The notes under the pieces are model-generated. The model was not told the DNA's origin. It made no database searches and saw only the letters and a program-made list of their open reading frames with translations. The translations under genes and the position numbers were made by a program. DNA of 12,371 bases from Bdellovibrionia bacterium (GTDB lineage Bacteria > Bdellovibrionota > UBA1018). This document shows positions 5,801-12,371 of this stretch, piece by piece. The DNA is taken from positions 1 through 12,371 of the forward strand of contig JBJMMA010000043.1 of NCBI GenBank assembly GCA_045805065.1, given 5' to 3'. Each line of letters opens with the position of its first letter. Within the stretch, counting starts at the first letter, position 1.

Positions 5801-7059
5801 AAATCGCGGATCTTTTGTTCGTCCACGTTCATTTGCTTGGACATGTTCGCAAATTCAGTTGCAAGGTCTTCGTCCTTGATTTCGATCGCTTCTTTTTTAG
5901 CAATCGCTTCAAGGACAAGGCTTGCGCGAACTTGGCTTTCGGCACGCTTTCTCAGGCCTTCGAGCTCGCTCATGATCGCTTGTTGAATGACTTGGTCATT
6001 CACGCCTTGGCGCTTGAGCTCTTGTGCCCAGTCTTGAGCAAGAGCACGCGTTTGGCTGTCGATCAATGCTTGAGGAACATCAAAGGTGTTCTTCTCAAGA
6101 ATTGCGGTGATCAGATCGCTGCGAAGCTTGCCGTCGACTTGACCGTTGCGCTCTTGAGTGAGGTGTTCCTTCGCCTTGGTGCGAAGATCAGCCACGTTCT
6201 CATAGCCCATGGTCTTTGCCATTTCGTCATCGAGTGCAGGAAGTTTCTTTTCCTTCACTTCGTTGATCGTGACGGTGAATTCGGATTCCTTACCAGCAAG
6301 GTCCTTCTCGAAGTAATCAGCTGGGAAAGGAACGCGGAACGTCTTGGTTTCGCCAGCGCGCATGCCGACGAGGTTGTCTTCGAAGCCTGGGATGAGTTGG
6401 TCAGAGCCAACTTCAATCATGCGGCTGCCCTTCATGCCTGGGCGTGAGTCGAGACCCGTTTCGGTCACGATGCCACCGTCGAAGTTCATGTCGACGTGGT
6501 CGCCTTTTTGAACTGGGCGGCCGGATGGCTTGCCGTCAGCGCCGACGAGACCGCCGGAAACTGGAACGAGCTCAGCTTGAGAGTCGAGGATGTTCTTGAT
6601 GACGCCTTCGACTTGCTCGTCGGTGACTTCGGTCTTTTCCTTGGTCAGAGCAACGCCGGTGTAGTTCTTCACTTCAATTTCTGGAAGAACTTCAACCGTT
6701 GCGGTGAAGGTGAAATCTTTGCCTTCGCTGACTCCGTGATCGTGCTCTTCTTTTCCGTGCTGATGCTCGGGAGCTTCAATCTGTGGACGGCCAACAGCGG
6801 TGATCTTTTCCTTAACGACTGCTTCGCGGAATGCTTCATCGGCGAGCGAGTGGAAAAGGCGGTGACGGACATCTTCACCGTAAAATTGCTTAATCATCGA
6901 GATCGGCGCCTGGCCGGGGCGGAAGCCTTTCAGCTTCGCCGTGCGCTGCACTTCGACCAACCCCTTTTGAAAGCGGTTGTCCACAACAGTGGCAGGCACC
7001 TTGATGGTAAGTTTACGCAAAATAGACGACGGTTTCTCGACTTGAACATTTAATTCCAT
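5698..7059 (-). CDS. tig: Trigger factor (ribosome-associated chaperone/FKBP PPIase), 453 aa
   Basis: Ribosome-binding signature GFRPGQAP, FTFTATVEVLPEI, FKBP domain (GDHVDMNFDG..LIPGFEDNLVGM..FPADY..LAGKESEFTV), helical C-terminal domain. Confidence 0.97.
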   Translation of the reverse strand: MELNVQVEKPSSILRKLTIKVPATVVDNRFQKGLVEVQRTAKLKGFRPGQAPISMIKQFYGEDVRHRLFHSLADEAFREAVVKEKITAVGRPQIEAPEHQHGKEEHDHGVSEGKDFTFTATVEVLPEIEVKNYTGVALTKEKTEVTDEQVEGVIKNILDSQAELVPVSGGLVGADGKPSGRPVQKGDHVDMNFDGGIVTETGLDSRPGMKGSRMIEVGSDQLIPGFEDNLVGMRAGETKTFRVPFPADYFEKDLAGKESEFTVTINEVKEKKLPALDDEMAKTMGYENVADLRTKAKEHLTQERNGQVDGKLRSDLITAILEKNTFDVPQALIDSQTRALAQDWAQELKRQGVNDQVIQQAIMSELEGLRKRAESQVRASLVLEAIAKKEAIEIKDEDLATEFANMSKQMNVDEQKIRDFYANDPGRKEDLSFRLRQERTIKFLLDKAKIKSS

Positions 7060-7071
7060 AGGGGACCGGTT

Positions 7072-7893
7072 TTATTCGAGTCCCCCCCAAAGTTCAACAG
7101 GATACCATACGCGTTCGAGCCAAAGACCCCGTCCCGGAGCCGTTCGACCCACCTCGGAACGATCCAGGGTGGCCAAGATATCGCGCATATCGGTCGCAGG
7201 GCGTCGCCCCTCCCCGATTTCAAGCAAGGTACCGGCAATTCCACGGACCATTTGCTTTAAAAACCCGGTTCCCATGAGCCTGACCCGAACAAAGCCAAAG
7301 GGGTCACCCCCCACGCTTGAGAAGTGGGGAAACTGGAGCGGCTCGAAAACGACCTCAGCCTCCAAGATACGGCGCACCGTTGACCCAACCTTAGCGCCCT
7401 TGCCTTGGAATGGCTTAAAATTATGCTCGCCCACGAGATAGCTCGCGGCCTCACGCATCGCGTCTTGATCGAGGGTTTTGTAAATCCACCAACTAAAGGG
7501 CTCCAGGTGCGGCAAAGCGCAGGGTCCCTGTTGGAAGAAGTAGCTGTACTGCTTCTTAACTGCGCTCCGTTGAGCATGAAACTCAATCGGAACCTTGCGG
7601 ACCTCAACGAGCTGAATCGAAGGCCTCAGGATAGAGTTAAGGCCCCTGAACAGAATGCGCGGGTCCCAATCCCTCTCCCTCAGAACAAAATGCGCCACTT
7701 GCCCAACGGCATGAACGCCTGAGTCTGTGCGGCCACTTCCGACAATGGAGACTTTCTCGCCGGTCATCTGATGGACGGCGCCTTGAATGGTCTCTTGAAC
7801 GCTTGGAGTGTTCCCAGAATCAGGACCCCGCTGCTCCTGCCAGCCGCAGAACCGCGTGCCTGAGTATGAGAGAATGGCTGCGTATTTTTGCAT
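7072..7893 (-). CDS. truA: tRNA pseudouridine(38-40) synthase TruA, about 273 aa
   Basis: SYSGTRFCGWQEQ, GSGRTDSGVHAVGQ (catalytic Asp), FHAQRSA, GFLKQMVRGIAG, TAPGRGLWL. ATG 7893 lies 1 nt after the upstream TAG and is preferred over the 7911 start. Confidence 0.96.
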   Translation of the reverse strand: MQKYAAILSYSGTRFCGWQEQRGPDSGNTPSVQETIQGAVHQMTGEKVSIVGSGRTDSGVHAVGQVAHFVLRERDWDPRILFRGLNSILRPSIQLVEVRKVPIEFHAQRSAVKKQYSYFFQQGPCALPHLEPFSWWIYKTLDQDAMREAASYLVGEHNFKPFQGKGAKVGSTVRRILEAEVVFEPLQFPHFSSVGGDPFGFVRVRLMGTGFLKQMVRGIAGTLLEIGEGRRPATDMRDILATLDRSEVGRTAPGRGLWLERVWYPVELWGGLE

Positions 7894-7894
7894 G

Positions 7895-8938
7895 CTAGAA
7901 ATCAAACGCAAAGCCAGCGTTCAGGCCCGAGTACGAAACGTCAACTGGGCTCGAGATCGTGGTGAGCTTCGTGTATTCAACCGTCAGGTAGTAGTGCTTG
8001 ATTCCAAAGTCCTGGTAGAGATTCCAGGAGTTCCCGCCACTGATCCAATCCAGAAGAAACGCAGCACCCACAGTCGTTGTCAGGCCTTTCGAGAGCGCCT
8101 TCTTGGCTGAGATTCCATCGTTTCGATTCTCGGAAATTCCGACCAAAGTCGGAGCAGCCACCGCATAAGGGCGAATGATGTGACTCAGATTGAACTGATA
8201 CTTCACGCCGAGAGTGACCGGAATGGATAGAAAGGTCAGCTTGGTGCGAGCGGTCAGAGGAAAAAATCCCGTGCCCGATGGCAGCGGAATTTGATTCGCA
8301 AATCGTGCGTTCGCCTTGAAGATCCCAAAGCCTGCCGATCCGATAAAGCCCAGGCTTCCGAATGTCTCGCTGTAAAATGGCTTATACTCACCTTGCAAGG
8401 TAATGTCCGGGACCCATTTATTGCCATAAATGTCGCTGAACTGATTGGCAACAAACGAAGGATTACCCGTAAAGTCATGGCTCACACTGGCTGCCATCTT
8501 GAAGCCAACGCTTGCATCGATTTTGCCAGGGCGCTTGAGGTAAAGATCGGACTTGCCTTCGTGATAGGCCTGGATCGCGCTGCCTCGCTCTTCAGGAGGA
8601 AGCTTACTCTTTTCTTCTTCCGCGAATCCCGCCGACTTTGGAGCTTCGTTCAAAGAAGGATTCTCAGCCTTCAGGTGATCGATGTAGGGCTGCGTTCCCT
8701 TGGCAGGCTCTACTGCCTTACCCGAATCGAGCATCTTCTTTCGGATCGACTGGATATAGGGATCAGGGTTTTCAGCGGTACGCGCGGGATCCGATGAGGG
8801 CTTACCTTCTTGCTCCATCTTCGCTTTCTGCTGATCGATGTAAGGCGAAATGGATTTCTGTTCAGCTTGGACAGAACCCATTCCAATCACAAGCTGGGAA
8901 GCCATGAGGGCAATCGTCTGAGCGCGCAAGTTTTTCAT
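7895..8938 (-). CDS. Outer-membrane beta-barrel protein with N-terminal helical repeats (resembles MXAN_2562-type barrels), about 347 aa
   Basis: Start at ATG 8938 (TGATG overlap with upstream stop) gives signal peptide MKNLRAQTIALMASQLVIGMGSVQA. The C-terminal ~200 aa has alternating amphipathic strands and ends YSGLNAGFAFDF (terminal Phe beta-signal). IPVTLGVKYQF..RPY and FLLDW..QDFGIKHYYLTVEY recall the MXAN_2562 family from memory, not searched. Confidence 0.75.
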   Translation of the reverse strand: MKNLRAQTIALMASQLVIGMGSVQAEQKSISPYIDQQKAKMEQEGKPSSDPARTAENPDPYIQSIRKKMLDSGKAVEPAKGTQPYIDHLKAENPSLNEAPKSAGFAEEEKSKLPPEERGSAIQAYHEGKSDLYLKRPGKIDASVGFKMAASVSHDFTGNPSFVANQFSDIYGNKWVPDITLQGEYKPFYSETFGSLGFIGSAGFGIFKANARFANQIPLPSGTGFFPLTARTKLTFLSIPVTLGVKYQFNLSHIIRPYAVAAPTLVGISENRNDGISAKKALSKGLTTTVGAAFLLDWISGGNSWNLYQDFGIKHYYLTVEYTKLTTISSPVDVSYSGLNAGFAFDF

Positions 8939-10548
8939 CACACGATTTCTCCCTGGGATGAAACCGCCATCGCTCTTTTTCTTAGAACGACGATAAACGC
9001 AATGCTTGCCATCGCCATCAAGAGGAAGAACAGAGGACGCAGGCAAAGCCATGCGAAAATCTCAACGGGCACAAGCGCCAGGAGAATAGGATATCTGAAT
9101 TGCGGATGCTCAATGAGCCATTCTGCAGCGGGCGGTGACCAGCGATAGTACCAATCCACAAATGCCTGGCCCAACTCTGAATTGAGCAGAACCTGATCGC
9201 GGAACTCGCGAAGCATTGCCACAGGAGCAGCATCTTTGGACTGAAAAGCGGCGGTCGCGATAAAGCATTTGCTGTCACGCAGGAAACCCGCGACTTCCGT
9301 GGCTTGAACACCGGGAATGCGACAGCCTTGCGGGCCATTCACAAAGCCTGCGTAGTCACGAATCAGCACGCTCAGACTGTAAACATAACTTGTACCAGGG
9401 ACAGAATTGGTAAAGCCGCTGACCTGTTCATCCGTGCCTCCGATCCCTGAGCGCGCAAAAATACTATTTGAAAACCCGGTTTGCGAATCATCGGGAGTTG
9501 CGGGCGTTGCATTCACGGCAGAGTTGGCAACGACGACCAAGGCTGATGCAGCCGCAAAGGTGCCAGTCCCCGAGCCACCCGTCGGGACTTGGTAAAGAGT
9601 CGAAAACTTCGTTGTATCCAAATAGATGCGCTTATCGCCTGGATAATAAACCGAATTTAAATCCGTTCCGCTTGGGCAGGAAGCGGGATTAATCGTTCCG
9701 CCATTCGGCTGAAACGAGAGCGAAAGAGCCGCTGACTCAGGAAAATTCCCGCCCTGACCGGAGAGGGTCGACTGTTGAGTGTTTCGAGGATCGATCGTCG
9801 TGATGGAGGTCGGGACAAGCACGATATAGAACGTGACTTTAAAACCCGCATTATTGTTCGCAGGGATCGGACCAAAGTTTCCAGTGACTCCATCGCCTGA
9901 TGCGATACAGGGCGAGCTATTCGAGAAGGACGTGGTGGAGGAAAACCCCGTCACGCCGTACAGGTAGCAAATGTCCTGAGGATAAAACCCAACTTGGACC
10001 GTTTGAGTGGGCGAGTAAGGCACCGCAAAGTGGTAGGCAACGTTGTTTGGAATGTTTGTACCCTGAAGACCGCAGTTGGCTCCCGATCCTTCACAAGCAA
10101 CGACCCCGCTCCCCGCATTGGTCGTATAAAACGCGATCGGAATTGGGTAGAGATTGGCTCCAGCATTGGGCGCGCTGACAAACGCCATCAGGTAAGTGTT
10201 ATACGCCGTGTTTGCATTCGGTGGGGTAAACGTTGCCGTGGATGAGTTCAACGTAAAATAAAGTGCATTCGCACCCGAGGGATCGCTTGCATACGTCATG
10301 GTGTTATCCACCACCCGAGGAACAGCAATGTCTCCGCCGTCCCAACCTGTCGCACTGGTTGGATAAAAAAGCGTGTAACCGTTGTTGTTGGAGAGAGTCG
10401 TATTATCCGCTCTCACAGCCACGGCCGAAAGCGCCCAAGACGTGCTCGCGCTCAAAAGAAACGCTAATGGAACAATCGCTGAGATCGCTTGTGAGATCGA
10501 ACGATTAACCCAAACTTTTGATGATGATCTCACCGATTTGTACTGCAT
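8938..10548 (-). CDS. Secreted/surface protein with C-terminal CFI-box-CTERM domain and TM anchor, 536 aa
   Basis: Signal peptide ..AISAIVPLAFLLSASTSWA and an S/T/N/G/P-rich body with six Cys. The C-terminus CFIATAAF..PVAMLREFRDQVL..GQAFVDWYYRWSPPAA is the CFI-box pattern, followed by a hydrophobic helix and RKR. The start is uncertain (44-bp overlap with asd). Confidence 0.82.
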   Translation of the reverse strand: MQYKSVRSSSKVWVNRSISQAISAIVPLAFLLSASTSWALSAVAVRADNTTLSNNNGYTLFYPTSATGWDGGDIAVPRVVDNTMTYASDPSGANALYFTLNSSTATFTPPNANTAYNTYLMAFVSAPNAGANLYPIPIAFYTTNAGSGVVACEGSGANCGLQGTNIPNNVAYHFAVPYSPTQTVQVGFYPQDICYLYGVTGFSSTTSFSNSSPCIASGDGVTGNFGPIPANNNAGFKVTFYIVLVPTSITTIDPRNTQQSTLSGQGGNFPESAALSLSFQPNGGTINPASCPSGTDLNSVYYPGDKRIYLDTTKFSTLYQVPTGGSGTGTFAAASALVVVANSAVNATPATPDDSQTGFSNSIFARSGIGGTDEQVSGFTNSVPGTSYVYSLSVLIRDYAGFVNGPQGCRIPGVQATEVAGFLRDSKCFIATAAFQSKDAAPVAMLREFRDQVLLNSELGQAFVDWYYRWSPPAAEWLIEHPQFRYPILLALVPVEIFAWLCLRPLFFLLMAMASIAFIVVLRKRAMAVSSQGEIV

Positions 10549-11602
10549 TGAGCGCGGCTCCTTTTCTCAGATTATCGGAGACGACCCAAAGGTTCAAACC
10601 GTTATCGAGGGATGGATCTTTTCTGATCCTGCCCACGTAGACAGCATCGCGACCGGTTGCGCTTTCGACGATCGATTTCTCCCCTGCATTTCCCATCGGG
10701 TAAATGAACTTGGAGGGATCGTCCTGCACGATGATGCCCGGATGCGCACGGAGCGCCTCGCGAACTTCTTGAACCCAATCGCTTGAGCCTTCGGGAAGAC
10801 GCTCACATTCAATATGAACCGACTCTCCATGGCAAGAAAAAGCAGGCACCCGTACCGCGGTGGCTGTGACTTTCAGCTGAGGCATGCGAAGAAGCTTTCG
10901 GCTCTCTTCCATGATCTTTTGCTCTTCACTGGTGTACCCATCCCCTTTAAAGCCACCAATCTGGGGAATGCAGTTAAAGGCGAGCTGATGCTTAAACGCC
11001 TGTGGTTCCACAGGTTTTTGATTAAAAACGCCCATCGTCTGCTCGGCAAGCTCATCCATCGCGGCAGCTCCGGCGCCACTTGCGCTCTGATAAGTCGAGA
11101 CGACGACGCGCTTCAGACCCCAGCGCTCCTGAATCGGCTTCAGGGCCATGACAAGCTGAACCGTTGAGCAGTTCGGACCCGCAATGATTCGGTCCCGTGG
11201 AAAACGTCCGCGAGCGCTCTCTTGGAGGCGTGCTTCGAGCAGATCCCCGTTCACTTCAGGAACCAGGAGAAGGACATCCTCCTCCATACGGAAAGTGGCT
11301 GAGTTATCGACAACCCAAGCACCTGCTTCGACGGCTTGAGGCACCCACTCTTTTGAAATAGCATCTGAGGCATCAAAGAAAGCGATATCGATGCCTTCAA
11401 AGCAGCCAGCCTTTAGAACCTGGCAAGGATACTCTTTTCCATTGAGCTCAATGGGTTTTCCCAATGAGCGAGGAGAAGCAAAAGGAACAAGCTCACCGAC
11501 AGGGAAACTTCTTTCCTGGAGAATGGAAATCAGCTCTTTCCCGACAGCGCCTGTAGCCCCAACGACTGCAACCTTGAGATTCCTTGAAAGACTCTTGCTC
11601 AC
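10505..11602 (-). CDS. asd: Aspartate-semialdehyde dehydrogenase, 365 aa
   Basis: VAVVGATGAVG (NADP binding), DNSATFRM, PNCST (catalytic Cys), STYQSASGAG, VRVP..HGES, WVVSDNLRKGAALNAVQI. GTG start with a G-run RBS. Confidence 0.97.
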   Translation of the reverse strand: MSKSLSRNLKVAVVGATGAVGKELISILQERSFPVGELVPFASPRSLGKPIELNGKEYPCQVLKAGCFEGIDIAFFDASDAISKEWVPQAVEAGAWVVDNSATFRMEEDVLLLVPEVNGDLLEARLQESARGRFPRDRIIAGPNCSTVQLVMALKPIQERWGLKRVVVSTYQSASGAGAAAMDELAEQTMGVFNQKPVEPQAFKHQLAFNCIPQIGGFKGDGYTSEEQKIMEESRKLLRMPQLKVTATAVRVPAFSCHGESVHIECERLPEGSSDWVQEVREALRAHPGIIVQDDPSKFIYPMGNAGEKSIVESATGRDAVYVGRIRKDPSLDNGLNLWVVSDNLRKGAALNAVQIGEIIIKSLG

Positions 11603-11674
11603 GTTCGCCCCCCGTTCAGGATCCCCAAGTCAGGATCTCGCAGGAGCGCGCCGCTCTTGAATCTGCTTGGAAGA

Positions 11675-12371
11675 TCAGCTGACTTCGGTAGTTTCAACTT
11701 CAGGCACTGCAACCCGATGCTTGCGGTCGGTTGGAGCAGTTTCCTGCGTTCCCTTTACCAAGAGCACGAGGTTCCACGCAAGGCTGAGAACCACATAAGT
11801 CGAAAGAAGCGCAAAGAGCATGATCTCAGGCTTTGCAGCCACAAGAATCATCGCCAGCACTCCGACCATGAGAAAGCCAAAGGTTCCGCGCGAGCGCCAG
11901 TTGAGCTCCTTGAAGGATGGAAAACGAACCGTGCTGACCATGAGGCTTGCGAGCCCAAAAGTCAGAAGCAAAACGATCCACTTCTGGATATCTGCAGGCA
12001 GCGCATATTCATGAACAAAGATAATGAAAGTTGCGACCATTCCAGCTGCCATCGGAATCGGAAGGCCTTGGAAGTAATTCTTTGGAAGGACTGAGCTCAG
12101 CACGTTGAAACGAGCCAGACGCAAAGCGCCGCAGGCTAAGAAAAGAAATGCGGCAAGCCAACCCAGGCGCCCAAAAGGCTGAAGCGCCCATTGATAAAGA
12201 AGAAGGGCAGGAGCAGCGCCGAACGACATCAAATCTGAAAGGCTATCGTACTCGACACCAAACTGACTGGTTGCTTTAGCAAGACGCGCCACGCGACCAT
12301 CGAGCATATCAAATACGGCGGCAGCCATAATTGCCCAGGCAGCACTGACGAAATCGCCATGAATCGCCGAA
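11675..12371 (-). CDS. pssA: CDP-diacylglycerol--serine O-phosphatidyltransferase (5' end outside the window)
   Basis: DMLDGRVAR..SQFGVEYDSLSDLMSFGAAPA (CDP-alcohol phosphotransferase motif), ALRLARFN, FQGLPIP, LMVSTVRFPSFK. The frame stays open to the window edge (SAIHGDFVSAAWAI-MAAA). Confidence 0.95.
   Translation of the reverse strand, partial: SAIHGDFVSAAWAIMAAAVFDMLDGRVARLAKATSQFGVEYDSLSDLMSFGAAPALLLYQWALQPFGRLGWLAAFLFLACGALRLARFNVLSSVLPKNYFQGLPIPMAAGMVATFIIFVHEYALPADIQKWIVLLLTFGLASLMVSTVRFPSFKELNWRSRGTFGFLMVGVLAMILVAAKPEIMLFALLSTYVVLSLAWNLVLLVKGTQETAPTDRKHRVAVPEVETTEVS

Noticed and set aside
5815..7053. Long plus-strand ORFs 5815..6447 and 6496..7053
   Set aside because: They are codon-aligned antisense shadows of tig, with no recognisable motifs.
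8939..9052. ORF-track N-terminal extension of the beta-barrel gene
   Set aside because: It lies inside the CFI-box gene; ATG 8938 gives a TGATG coupling and a proper signal peptide.
8291..12094. Plus-strand ORFs opposite the barrel, CFI-box, asd and pssA genes (e.g. 8291..8797, 10382..10786, 11657..12094)
   Set aside because: They lie antisense to well-supported genes, with no domain signatures or clear RBS.
1..12371. parS palindrome (TGTTTCACGTGAAACA-like), CRISPR array, tRNA/rRNA, integrase/transposase
   Set aside because: None was seen by eye; only partial half-site look-alikes occur inside coding regions. A PWM or Infernal scan would be needed to exclude degenerate cases.

Overview
Bacterial chromosomal window. 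Gene content and protein styles suggest a Bdellovibrionota/Myxococcota-like diderm (inference only). In order: the 3' end of a ParA-family ATPase and a non-canonical ParB (+), a strong intrinsic terminator, three tandem paralogous Cys-rich type IV pilin-like genes (-), an AT-rich divergent promoter region, an MscS channel (+), and a stand-alone PilZ gene (+) behind a candidate sigma54 promoter whose 3' end overlaps tig by 103 bp. The rest is a tightly packed minus-strand run: pssA(partial)-asd-[secreted CFI-box-CTERM protein]-[outer-membrane beta-barrel]-truA-tig. The best candidate for an undescribed system is the translationally coupled CFI-box protein/beta-barrel pair between asd and truA, followed by the orphan pilin-like triplet. 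I saw no mobile element, RNA gene, CRISPR array or parS site. Family assignments come from motif recognition by eye, not database searches.
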